Assembly (NCBI GenBank): GCA_949358305.1
Contig: OX442314.1
Span: forward strand, 2,294,001-2,358,000
Origin: Strigamia acuminata
Taxonomy: Eukaryota
Direction: 5' to 3'
Length of the DNA: 64,000 nt
The stretch's first letter is position 1, and each line of letters opens with the position of its first letter. The notes beneath the pieces were generated by a model. That model saw nothing but the letters and a program-made list of their open reading frames with translations, was not told the origin of the DNA and ran no database searches. Shown in pieces: positions 1-12,071 of this stretch. The position numbers and the translations under genes were made by a program.

Positions 1-773
1 AATGCAAGGCAACAGCATTTACTGCAAGCATTGCACATCAAGACTCCATCAATCAAATTCAATCAGTGAATGAAAGTGGAAGTGGTTAAAGTGGAATAAG
101 GAAGATAGATTCAGGTCAACAATGAGTAAATGGACCTACACTGGACTATCTGGTCATTTCTCTATCAATTTTGTCAGGATAAGTACCTTTGCATGTTTGA
201 CTGCTTTTTTGGCAATAGGAAGCCAACAATTCAACAGTTTATCAGCATTGAGAATGACTCCCAAGGTTTGGGAAACAGTCACAATTCAAATTCACGTTAG
301 GCCTATAAAATGGAATCCTAAATTCGAACTTCAATGAAATCAAATGTCCAGGCATTCTTCGACTGAAAAGCAACACAAGAATATTGATTGCTATTTTAGT
401 AATTTAGTTGCAATACAGCCATCTTCACGGAACAGGAAAAAAAATTAGTTTTGCAAAGGAAATAGTTCCAAAGGAAATAGTTTGAATAGCCCAAGACAAA
501 ACCTTGACCACAGACAAGTTGATTGTGTCATTACAATTCAAGGCTTAAAATGGAATCCAAAAATTCAACATGGAGACAGAAAATGCAACGTAAATCAAAC
601 CATCCAAAGTTAATCCAGTTAATCCTTGGACATGTCGACATCAAATTCTTCAGAAATACCGATGGAAAAACGAATGAAAATTACAAAAAATATCGAACCG
701 AACATGCAAAAGAGAAAACAAAACGAAGGATGAAAGCGACAAAGCGCGAAATGGAATGTAGTACTTATACTTA

Positions 774-1094
774 CCGTACTGCCTCGATTTAACGCCGGGG
801 CGTTTATTCATTTTTTCTAGTTGACCCCCCCGGCGTTCATTCAAAGCCCGGCGATTATTCGCGCCGGGCGTCTACCCGAAAAAAAAAATTGGAAAGCCAC
901 TCATTGCTAGCTATTCTTCGATGTTTCGACCAAAAGACCTCTCAAAACGTTTAAAAAACGTTTCAACCCGGCGTTTAAACAAACCCGGCGTTCATTTAAG
1001 GCCGGCGTTTATTGCCATTTCGTCCTCAGTTTGCCCGGCGCTTAATCAGGAGCCGGCGTTTAGATACGACCGGCGTTAAATCGAGGCAGTACGG
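774..1094. mobile_element. Tc1/mariner-type MITE (CCGTA termini)
   Basis: TIRs CCGTACTGCCTCGATTTAACGCCGG / CCGGCGTTAAATCGAGGCAGTACGG. TA at 772-773 and 1095-1096. Absent from the paralogous sites near 11430 and 49745. Confidence 0.9.
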
Positions 1095-1096
1095 TA

Positions 1097-1190
1097 ACCA
1101 CGTGACTGTTGCTATGCCAACGAAAAAGCAGCGCTATTGGTAGCAATCATGATAGTTAATAACACTTGTTCCCACCAGAGCGGCGCTGCA
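1097..1190. promoter_or_regulatory. Repeated promoter-like cassette (E-box, X-box-like, CCAAT, CTCF-like), copy 1
   Basis: CACGTG, GTTGCTATGCCAAC, ATTGG, CCACCAGAGCGGCGCTG in fixed order. Recurs at ~11433 (split by Pao), ~24510 and ~49748. Function is inferred. Confidence 0.4.
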
Positions 1191-1278
1191 ACTAATTAGA
1201 ATTTTCACATTCATAAATAATGAATTAAAATTTTACCGCAATGAATTTTAGACAACTGTTGGAATTATTTATCCTTAC

Positions 1279-1530
1279 CGAGTCGTCAAAATTTGTGTTC
1301 TGGGATTCAATCTGGACGGAGAAAATTGGATTTTAAATGATTAATTCGTGTGTTTATTTATACATTATGGAGTTAGTGAAAATTTGAACGATTTTATTTT
1401 ATTTAACTTACCAATTGATGTTTTTTGTTGGTCTTTTAATTGATGATGTGGGATTAACTGGTTGATGGAGATTGTCTAAACGCGGGAATGACATTTTAAA
1501 AGGAGCCCGATGTCTCGCCGCCGTCGCCAT
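1279..1530 (-). pseudogene. 5' exons of an unidentified gene (fragment)
   Basis: ATG at 1530 (MATAARHRAPFKMSFPRLDNL...), GTAAGT donor at 1411, and a small second exon ending in GTAAGG near 1279. No recognisable product. Confidence 0.3.
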
Positions 1531-2074
1531 TATGATTTTACATCCGGGTAGCAAAGTCCGTGCATCTAGTGGCGGAATATCAAAGTATTAATCAATTTTT
1601 GGGAAAGAATTGCCAAAAAAATAATACCGGTAATAATAAACTAAATAAATAAAAATAAAATAAAATAAAATAAAATAAAAGATGAAGCCAACCAGGCGAA
1701 GATTTTTCACAATCTTTGGTCTTGATCCTACACCATTTTAACAAGTGAACAAAACATTCTTCTCAGTGAGGTTGCATATCTCACGTGAAACGCACCTGGT
1801 TAAATGAATAAATTAATTACATTAAATTATTTATATTAAATTGCGACAGAAGATAAAAGTCGAGCATTGCTTTGGTGAGTGGTTCGGCAAAGAGTCGCAG
1901 AGAGGAAACCATTCGTAGCATCGTAAATTTGCTTTATAAATCTGCTGTTTTCCGTTTCCGTTTTCATTTGCCCTCAAAACCGTCAACGCCATTCGTTTTC
2001 CCACCCTTGGTTATCCCTAAATCCAAATTTTGAAGGTGATGTGAGAGATGGCCCATAAAGTAAAATTGTTCCAG

Positions 2075-2766
2075 GAATTGTGATAAAAAATATTTTTAAA
2101 AATCAAATTGAAATGCATGAATGCACCAATAAAAACATATTAAACAGTTTTGAATTTAAGAATACGGGAATATGCACACAAATAAATAGCACTTGAATTG
2201 TTTTCTCTGGTGTGGGTTAATAAATGTTTATTTAAATCCTCACTTCGAGTTGAAGAGAAGGCACACAAATGGCAATTACATGCTTTTTCTCTGGTATGAA
2301 CTTTTAAATGAATTTTCAAATTCCCATTCCATTTTTAAGATAAAGCACAAGTTTGTCGTGTGTCGCTCACCATAAAAAATTGGAAATGAAACGAGAAAAA
2401 TATACAAAAACAGCAAATAGCAGATTCAGGTTTTGATTTCTGGATTAAACAAATTGAAGCAAAATTTTTGGTTTGAAAGCAAAAACAAAATGTTATTTGA
2501 AATAAAATTTGAATTACAGAATTATGAACTTAATGAACAATGTAATTTTTACTTTGCATGTTTTGTTAAATGTTTTTTAAATTTATCATTTTGACCACTA
2601 GAATAATCACACAAATGGCACTTGAATGGTTTTTCGCCTGTATGGATTACTAAATGTTTTCTTAAATTTCCACTTTGAATGCAGGAATAATCACACAAAT
2701 GGCACTTGAATGGTTTTTCTCCAGAATGGGTTAATAAATGTCTTTTTAGATGTCCACTTTCACTAC
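2075..2766 (-). pseudogene. Truncated paralog of the 3' end of the C2H2 zinc-finger gene at 59509-60900
   Basis: Reverse complement matches the last fingers (CHLCDYS...HTGEKP), the stop region and the degenerate downstream fingers of ~60270-60900. Confidence 0.85.
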
Positions 2767-2832
2767 TACCAAAGTACCAAACGTGTGTGGGCCGTGTGCA
2801 TTAAGCAACTGAAGTTGACGTGAATTTTGTTA

Positions 2833-3378
2833 GGGGCCGTCCATAAATTACGTAACGCTGATTTTACGATTTTTAGACCCCCTCCCCCCCCTTGTAACAA
2901 GGTCGTAACAAATCCACAAACCCCCCCTAGAATATTAATATTACGTAACAAAACTCACTACCCCCCCCCCCCAAAAAAAAAATTTGATACAAGCTTATAC
3001 TACAAAATTTTACACAAATTTAAAATTTTTTACAAAAATTTCAAATTTTTTTTACAAAAATTTCAAAATTTTTTTACAAAAATTTCAAAATTTTTTTACA
3101 AAAATTTCAAAATTTTTTTACAAAAATTTCAAAATTTTTTTACAAAAATTTCAAAATTTTTTTACAAAAATTTCAAAATTTTTTTACAAAAATTTCAAAA
3201 TTTTTTTACAAAAATTTCAAAAATTTTTTAAAAAATTTCAAAAATTTTCAAAAATGCTAAAATAAATTTTGTTACGTAACATTATTAAGACCCCCCTCCC
3301 TCCCCGTCGTAACAACCCGTAACAAAATTTGAAATCCCCTCCCCCCCTCCAGGCGTTACGTAATTTATGGACGGCCCC
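2833..3378. mobile_element. PIF/Harbinger-type MITE with internal minisatellite
   Basis: 26-bp TIR GGGGCCGTCCATAAATTACGTAACGC. TTA TSD at 2830-2832 and 3379-3381. ~22-bp ACAAAAATTTCAAAATTTTTTT array at ~3000-3260. Confidence 0.9.
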
Positions 3379-3900
3379 TTAGACGGAGTAAAATCGCTAA
3401 GAGTACCGATAGGCATTCGTTCGCCTCTCGAATAGCCCGTGTTTAAAACTACGGTAATCACGTTTATGCCCGAATTGTGTGCACAAATTCGTCGTGTTCC
3501 GCACGAAAAAAAATGCAAAATTTGCTTAAAAATGTGTGTAAAAAGCCGTAAGAAGGTCGTGTTCCGTGTTAGAATCCAATTACACTGACAAATTGACTCG
3601 AAACTGACGCCATTCTGTGGACAACAGCCATGTTGAACAGAGTTTGGGTTTTGTTGTTGCGGCATTGAGTGCATCAGTGGCGGCATGAGGAGGACACGAT
3701 CACCATCGATAACAGCGATTCTTGTTTTTTTGAGTGAAATTTTAAAATGAAAATTAATGTATTTTTAGAAAAACTGAGTAAATAATTGTCGGATGTGTCT
3801 AAATTAATTTCGTAATGAAACAAATAACAATTATTTGATTAATAATTTTTTCAACCACAGTTATAATTACCATTTTTAAACCTGAATTTTACTTTTTAAC

Positions 3901-3901
3901 T

Positions 3902-3940
<39 letters not shown>

Positions 3941-4060
3941 TGCTATTCATTGGTCAGTTAGACAGCTAAAGGCTCGGAGAGATCTGTTGTTGAGGACCAA
4001 TACACGAGTTCCACACCCAGCCCCATTGAACTACCAACGCCCCTATCAACACAGAAAACA
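3901..4060 (-). mobile_element. Probable 3' end of a non-LTR retroelement/SINE with (TAAA)n tail
   Basis: (ATTT)n run at 3901-3940 abutting a more GC-rich segment. No TSD identified. Confidence 0.35.
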
Positions 4061-4713
4061 TAATCGAAATAATTTGTTATAATGTAATGGAACAATGTTT
4101 GGAATAGAAAGATCGGATTTTGACAAACTTAAACGTTTCGATCCAATGTTGTTAGAAAAATACAATAAAAAATGTATTTTTTCGATTTTTTCACCTCGCC
4201 TCGTGCTGATCGAGACCAAATTACGTGACAGATTATTGTTGAGCGTATCGTATTGTTTATAGCATAGTCATAAAATATCAGTTAAACGAGCCAAACATCG
4301 TGGAAATGCACAAAACGCACATCGACTCTATTTTCTGCCGGGTGGAAAGTCAAGTTGTATTTGATAATTTGACACCCATGATCTTGATTTTTAATTTTCG
4401 TATTATTTTTTGGAATAAAATATTAATTTACATACCGGTAATTATAATGTTTTTCTTTTGTCAATTTTTTTTTTATCTTGGAAAAGAAAAGTACTGCACT
4501 ATAATAAAAAACTTGTTTATATTGAAAAATAAACTAATTCGTTTAAAATTGGCAAAAACTCAAATTGTACTACAGTACACAACTCGAATATCCTATTTAT
4601 CGGAATTTTGTTTGAGCAGTCCCATTTAAGTGTCGTTCTAAACAAGTTTACAACCGCCAGACATCTTTACCATCCAAAGTAAACGTTGTGGATGTTATAG
4701 GGTTAAAATTATA

Positions 4714-5142
4714 CCGTATTACCTCACATTAAGCCGCATGCCGGTATAATTCGAGTTATACCGGCATGCCGATAAACCTCGTTTATAACTACATGTCGGT
4801 GTAAGTGAGTACGAATTTTTCTAAATGAGAATTCAGCCAAAACAAGCATAAAATTCTTTTTAGATCTTCAAAATGTAAGAAATTGCCTTAAATTTAGATA
4901 AATTTACCCAGATTTTAGTAAAAATCTACTGAAAATAAGGAAAACTTAAATTTTAGGCCCAAAAACCAACATAATTATTCATCTGGGCTCTTTAAAGTAA
5001 AAAAAACAAAAATCCCGCTTTTTCACTTACACCGGCATGTTTCGCTTTATACCGGCATGCCGGTATAAACTTTTTGCACGCAATTTTAAAAACCTGGTAA
5101 ACCCATGCCCAACGGCATGCCGCTTTATGTGAGGTAATACGG
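4714..5142. mobile_element. Tc1/mariner-type MITE
   Basis: TIRs CCGTATTACCTCACAT.. / ..ATGTGAGGTAATACGG, with TA on both flanks and internal repeated CCGGCATG motifs. Confidence 0.88.
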
Positions 5143-5241
5143 TATTCCAAAAACAATAGAATAAAACTTCACAATTTTTCACTCAAACCTCGCCCTTAGC
5201 AAACTCCTGGAAAATGCAGCTGCAAACTCAACGGGAACTCT

Positions 5242-6066
5242 TGTCGCGTCCTACCTGGTGATAGGTTTAAAGAGCTAACGTGTAATACTTTACCTGTGAT
5301 CTTACTAAATATGTAAATTACCCAAATGAATACCAAATGTATGTAAATGAACAAGTAATTTATTCAAGAGGCTTGGAGGCCTTAAAATACACTCAGTATA
5401 AAACTAGAGTCGACTTGGTCAGAGTCGAACAAAGGATTTCCCAAGATGGCGTCGTCGGTTCCGCGTGGTCGGCGGAACAAAGGTGGCGTCTCGAGTTGTC
5501 GTAAATTCGTCACGGATTCGTCGTTCACGGACGCGGTGGAATGCTCTTTCGAGTCTTCTATCCGTGCCTGTTGTCTAGGGGTTGGTTTTAGCGTCGCAAG
5601 GCTCCGTCCAGAAACGTGGAGTTTCTTACAGGGCGCTCGGACACTTCGCAATGGAAATAATCGTGGGTCGATTATTCGGTGTGAATCCACAAGGGTTATT
5701 TTCCTGCTTTCGCGGGGAAATAACACACAGTGTAAATTCGTGAGAGTTACAGTTGCACTGGAATCAGCGGTCTTCGATCAATCCTAACTTTTAGTTGAAG
5801 TTGGCCTGACGGTGAGGTAGTTGCTGTGTTCTTGGTGTCGTTTGTGTAAGTTCTGATTTTAGGCGGGAAATTCTCCCTTTTATGGGGCAGTGTGAGGGGC
5901 CGGCGCAGCCAATGGGGGCTTGCCACCCGACGCCTCACTCCCCTCGGGGCACACACCTGCTCATAGAGAGGCGGAGCCAACACGAGGGGAACGACCGGTC
6001 TATTGCAGTGAGTCATGGGGCAAATATCCGCTTGGAGAGAAATATTTAACCCCCATGCTCACCACA
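5242..6066 (-). mobile_element. Solo LTR (825 bp), probably Ty3/gypsy
   Basis: TGT...ACA termini. 4-bp TSD CTCT (5238-5241, 6067-6070). AATAAA on the minus strand at 5359-5364. GC shift relative to flanks. Confidence 0.7.
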
Positions 6067-7261
6067 CTCTTCAAACGTACTACAGTATGTTTCATAATAA
6101 CAATCGCCCGCAACTCTACGGCGTAAAATCAGCGCTGAATTTCTGCTTAAAAATGACGATCAATGATCAGGGCTGGACAAACATCAAGAAAATACTGCCT
6201 TAGCTCGCAGTAAGAAGAGCGCACAGGCTGCGGTTCTAAAGTCTAAAGTAGAAATTGAAAGAATTTCATTGAAAAAGAAGAAGAACCAAGAAATCAATGA
6301 CCAGTTGTTAGGAAATTGACTGATTAGTCAGAGAATCGGATTTAAATCGATGTTATCAATAAAACTAGCTGTTGCTCATTATTTCTTTCTCTCAGTTTGA
6401 AAACCAAGGTGTGTGACCTGGTTCTTAAAATTTTCAAAAAAATTTACAATGAAATTTTGAAATTTGAGTCAAAACAAGGTTAAATAAAACCGGTAGCCCG
6501 CTGGGCCAGTCCAGCACTGCATCTACGGCCGTCCACAGGATAAGTTTAATTGGTTTTAAATCAGGTAGAATTAATTTGATATAATTAAAGTCATTTAAAT
6601 TAGATCTAAAGATAAGCGCCAACAAATCAAATACGTTTGCAACCAACATCAACACGCGCCAGTCTATCGAAGGCAAATTAAGTATGAGTCACCTTTGTTA
6701 TAATTTAATTTCATAATATTAAATTAAAATAAAGTCATTCAAATTAGATCTCAATCTGTGTAGCCGTTGACTGCGATGCTATCGCCGGAATTTTCTTTTG
6801 TTCCCGACCCAAAAGCTGTTTTTCGTAAAGCAGAGGTGTTAAGCAAATCGACATTAGCTCCAGGAAATCTTGTTTTCATAGGATTGCTAGATAAGTATCG
6901 ATTGCTCAAAGGAGCGAATTTAAATCAGCTTAGGCTAAAGCTTTATACCAAAAGAACTGCGTAAGCAGTTTTAGCAGCAACATTACACACCTTGAAGACA
7001 AAAGAACAAGTGACGAAAACAAAAAGAGAAAAGGTTTGGACCACACAACCATGAAGGAATACCTGGCCATTTCAAAATCAGCAGTACAAAAGAAGCTCAT
7101 GTCCAACAATTGATAGCGTAGGAATAGGAAGGGAATGGACAACATCTACCAATATTGGAAAAATCATCCAAGGGCAATCAAAACATTGTATTCATTTCAC
7201 TGCTTAGTCATGTATAGACAGGATCTAGATTCTAGAACAACGAATAGATGCATTCAGAAAA

Positions 7262-7890
7262 ATTACGGTTACAATTGAATAATATTTTTAAAATATTGCA
7301 AACTGCAAAAGGAAGGGAGTTATTAAATTTGCAAATTTTCCAATTATGTCAAACAGCAAAAGTCATGACAATTGTTAAATGCTACACTCTTGCATATGGA
7401 GTGCAGTCCTACAAATACCAACCAGGGCTCACTCTTAACACGACCGAGGGGTTTTAGAAATACCAAAATACGCAATTTTGAGTTGTGCCAATCAAAATGG
7501 AAATAGATCGTTATCGATTTACAAATGTCTTGTGCGTTACTCCGCTGTGTCTCATTTAAAGACAACAATTTAGTTTGGCAGAAAAACCTTCAAAGCCACA
7601 ATCTAGAATTAAAACAATTTTTTTTAACAATAAAGAATAAAGAATAAGATTTTACTATACAAGTTGATTAAGAGCAAGGAGAGGTTCAGTCTCTGGCACC
7701 ATGGCCAGAGATACTTAATGAAAGAGTCTTTCCGTCCTCCTGCTGACAGGTGAGGTTATATAGTTACCTTGCCGAGCCGTTAAAAGGCGATTTTTCAAAC
7801 AATGGCGAACCACGTTCTGACCAAATTAGAAAGAAAAAGAATAAAAGACTATTACCGGGCTGTCGCCACAAATTCAGAGAGAATTAGTTC
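7262..7890 (+). repeat. Segmental duplicate of ~39962-40625
   Basis: Colinear and highly similar by eye, from AATTACGGTTACAATT to GCTGTCGCCACAAATTCA. Confidence 0.9.
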
Positions 7891-8022
7891 TTGCTATTCG
7901 AATCAATTGAATTAGGTTAGGTTAGGTTAGGTCTAAAAACTTCAAGGCACGGTATAAAAATAAGTGCGAAAGGGGCGTTGATCGCTTATAGATGTCTGGC
8001 GATCGGTAATCTGTAGTGCAAC

Positions 8023-8431
8023 ATGGCCGCCGAACATATACTAACAAAATTTGAGAGAATTAAAATAAAGAAGTTCGTAACTTGGCTGGATGGAAATATT
8101 AAAAAAAGATTAGTTAGTTCTATATTACATAAAAAAATAAAAAGTTCCAGAAGTATATAACCAAATATAAATGTATGTCATTTATTAATTTTTTTTTCTA
8201 GACGCAGTTGCCGTTATTATGCAGAACATTGAAACATTTGCTGATATACTTCACCGACAATGTATTTCGAATCCAATTCTTAGAGAATATCTAAGGCCAA
8301 AGGTTCGGAATTACGTTAATGTCGATACTCAGGGAAGACAAGACCTTCACAGATTGATAATACTCATATGGCAGGGCCAATTGATAGTGCCCAAAATTTT
8401 TCCAAAAATAAGGCAAACTACTCATTTTTAG
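8023..8431 (+). CDS. Small two-exon protein, putative Myb/SANT-like family member
   Basis: Exon 8023-~8116 (MAAEHILTKFERIKIKKFV) plus exon 8202-8431 (ETFADILHRQCISNPILREYLRPKVRNYVNV...WQGQ). Aligns without gaps to 42329-42508 at roughly 50% aa identity. Confidence 0.55.
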
Positions 8432-8554
8432 GGTCACTACAAAACAAGGAGTACACCCCAAATGGCTAGTACACCCCATTTGGGGTGTACAAGTAACTAG
8501 ACACATATATTTTAGTTTTATATTTATTATTTATTTATTTTATTTTTACATATA

Positions 8555-8770
8555 AAGGGTGTCCCAAAAATAACGCAAGATTTGAATTAGCCGCCATTTG
8601 TGCAGTAAATTGTTGGCAACCCTGAAATAACAACGATTTGACAGCTGAAAGTTTAGGGTTTTATCTGACGAAATTGGATTATATTGATGTGGCCAATATG
8701 TGGTTTCAACAAGACGGTGCAAGAAAAAGGGGCCAATTCTCATCACCGAAACCGGTGATGTCTCATGCAG
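8555..8770 (+). mobile_element. Tc1/mariner fragment (TIR plus transposase remnant)
   Basis: TA-AAGGGTGTCCCAAAA terminus; translation contains MWFQQDGA, a DDD/E catalytic motif. Confidence 0.7.
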
Positions 8771-10089
8771 TGATTGAATTGTTTCCATGATTGTATGGCA
8801 GTATGGCATGTGACAACCAAGCGATAATTTAACTCTTTCTTGTAGAGAATAGAGGTTATGTCATACAGAATACCAGGAGTGTGAGGTTTCCTCATAAAGA
8901 AAACGAGGAGAGTGAGGTTTCGTGTATAGAGAATACGAGGAGAGAGAGGATTTGTTTCAGACAGAGATATGCCATTACTCACATTTTTTATTTCATTCCC
9001 AATCGCGCCGCAAAATCCGAAATTTGCATCCGCGATTGTTTTTTAATCAGAAGACCAGAGCAAAAAATCCGCGCACCTGGCCTAAAAACAAAAACAAAGA
9101 CCATTTAAGAAAAATATTAATTGGCTACTGGAAGTTAAAGCCCCAAAAAAAACAACAAATCAAAAAGAAAACGATGCCAATGCCACTGCAGTTGCAAAAG
9201 AAATCACGCGCAAGTCAACAGCAGCAAGGGGCCACCACCAACACGCTCCTGTCCGTGGAGATCGAATCACCTTTATAACAATTTAATTTTATATCATTAA
9301 ACTAGAGTCATTTAAATTAGATCACAACCTAAGCGGAAGATAAAGGATAATCAATTGCGTTGTAAATACATTTCTGGCTTTTTGAAGGAGCACATTATGA
9401 AAAAGAGAAGGGTGTCATCATTCATTCATTTAGTATTTACCAGTGTTAACAAAAAAGAACAGCAACCACATTCATAGAAGGACTTAAAAAAATCGAATAT
9501 TTCATTTAAAAATCGAAATAAAATATGAAAAAACTGCCACTAGGTAGCGTTTCCTTTGAAATTTATTTTTCAAAATTTTAAAATGGCAACGCAAGGATTC
9601 AGCAAAGTGGAAAAAAAGAAAATCAAAAAGTTTTTAGAGAGTTTAACCGTTTCAACACTTTCCCAAATCTACAAATCGAGAACGAACCAAGACGTGATAC
9701 AGTCTTGTACAAAAGGTAATTCAAAAATACATATAAGTTGTCGAAACGCAACGAACCTCAACCAACCTCAACGAACAGAAGAAAATTGAAAAGTATTTAG
9801 AAGCTGTGTAGTTTATTTTGGAAGCCCACAATGGATTTTTCACATTTGTTTTTTTTTGTTATTTTGTGCCAAATTGACATTGGTCATTCTCAACTGCTAT
9901 ATTTCATTACGCGAGGAAGAAAAATATCTATACTATCATCCATACACAAAAGTGAGACAAGATTCTCTGGTTGAAGCTATTTGATGAAGAGGTTTTTCGA
10001 CAGGAGTGGAAGACCTCCGGGCGAAGGTAGTGTTTTGTCAGGAAATTCCATCAAGAGAGTGGCTGTTGAGTTTGAGGTAATAGATAACA

Positions 10090-10325
10090 TTTTTAGTTGC
10101 GGCGTATCTTATTGAAGAAGAAAGCCCAGCGAACCAGGCAGCTTACTGCACGCAGTTCCCACAACTATCTATTTCGCAATTAAAAAGCCAATTAGAAAGA
10201 ATCTGGCGTTCGGATCTTCCCGTTAGAAATGTTCCAAAATATGTCAGTCCATTTTCGGTATTTGCGAATTAAAGGAACAAACACATCGGTTTTATCAATG
10301 TACGAGTCTAGCAATTCTAATTAGA
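10090..10325 (+). pseudogene. Small ORF family member (HFRYLR motif), frameshifted
   Basis: FPQLSISQLKSQLERIWRSDLPVRNVPKYVS/HFRYLRIK with a 2-nt deletion. Homologous to 39355 and 43048. Confidence 0.65.
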
Positions 10326-12014
10326 GTTATTTTGTGGAGCAAAAATCAGCCAAAACAGCTGGAAAATAATAAAAACCAAGTGCAAGTTGGGTGTTATAAC
10401 CAAAAAAACGCCCATCAAAAGGCCTATTATTTACAAAGAAACCATCTCGAAATTGAGCAAGAGCAAGTTTCAGCAAGAGGAAGTTGGAAAAGATGGCCTG
10501 AATAAGATCCAAGAATAACAAGATACGTTAATTCATGTTTTATCAGAACAGTATGCACACATTGCAGACGTTCGTGGCAAATCCAATATGGAAAAAGATA
10601 AAAAATAAGTAGAAGCAAGCAGTTTCAAGAACAAGTCAGCTGTAGAAAAGAAGCTCGGGTCAACCAAAAATTGATAGCTTAGTAAGAGAATGGACAACAT
10701 CCACCAATATTGAAAACATCATCCCAGAAAAACTTGTGGGAAAGGCAAAGAGACTACGGGCAGAAAAGGGAAGATGAAGAGTTAAAATGAGCTTCAGCAT
10801 TTGAAAATATATTTTAAAATTTAAATATTTGAATATTTCTAAAATATTGCAAACTGCAAAAGGAAGAGAGTTATCAAATTTGAAATGAAATGCAGCCATA
10901 CAACCCCAAATCATTTGTCATTTGCAGTGTTGGGCGTGGTACACGGTACCATCATCCCAGTCATTCTTAGTTTTCACGACAAATCAATGTTGCAATGCAC
11001 CAATCTATCAATTAATTTATAGGATGCCAAATGGGAAAAACTCCTGACAAGGAAAGGAATCTCTATCGCGATCAAACCTGCTGCAAATAGACAGGATTTT
11101 AATGGATGTCTTCAAATAGAAAACAAATAAAGAAATTCGAAAAGGAAATACAGAAATCTGCATTCGAAACACACAGAAAACAGAAAATGGAAATGGAACA
11201 CCAAAAATGGAAAATGGGACGTGAAACAAGAGAGACATTAAATTCGATTACAAGCCAATATTCACTCGTACCAAACCATCCGATCCAAATCCAATGTTAA
11301 TCCAGTTACTTCTTGGACACAACCACAATCGCAACGCATGGATATTATGAAAAATATGGAACCGAACCGAAAACGAAGCGAAAATGAAGCGAAAATGTAC
11401 GACTCCAAGCGCGAAATGGAACGTACAACACAACCACGTGACTGTTGCTATGCGACGAAAAATGCATCGCTATTGGTAGTGTGAAAATCGGATAATTTTA
11501 CGAGTAAATTGTTGTCCTTTATTAATAATTATGTTTAGTTTTATTATTCGATTTGTATTGTTGATTTTATATTTCCAATTTTACTTGTAAATTTTAATAT
11601 TGAATTTGAGATTTGCCAATTTATTATAATGTGTTTTTATTTCAATTTAGATGTATTGACTTGTTCTCTTATCATTGGAATGTTAAGCTTACTAATCTGT
11701 TTAAGAATGTTCTATTTCTCAGAAATTGTAAGCGCTCGCCATTGGTCTGCCGAGCGCGTCATTAGCATACCTCCACCTCGTGATTACTTGTGATTGGTTC
11801 TTCGAACTCGTCATTTACATCACCTGTTTCCTTTTTGTTTGAAATAAAATTAGTGTACTTTTTCAACTAAAACTGTGTGGTCGTGCTTCTTTTATACTCC
11901 AACGCCATCTTGGACTTCAACGCGATTTTCAACTGTTACATCTACTTGTAGTCAAGGACTTTAGAAATTAATTGGTAAATTTGAAATATCTTTTATTTAC
12001 TTCAAGTTTAACAT

Positions 12015-12032
12015 TGGTGCCGAAACCCGGGA
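12015..12032 (+). promoter_or_regulatory. Primer-binding site complementary to the tRNA-Phe 3' end
   Basis: TGGTGCCGAAACCCGGGA is the reverse complement of the eukaryotic tRNA-Phe 3' end TCCCGGGTTTCGGCACCA. Confidence 0.9.
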
Positions 12033-12071
12033 ACATTTTAAATTCCGAATTCATCTAACAAATCTACTAAA

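Noticed and set aside
2827..3265. 134-aa and 93-aa ORFs with repeating KFFYKNFK
   Set aside because: Translation of a minisatellite inside a MITE.
7912..7931. (TTAGG)4 as a telomere
   Set aside because: Only four internal units; common in arthropod repeats. Used only as a weak taxonomic hint.
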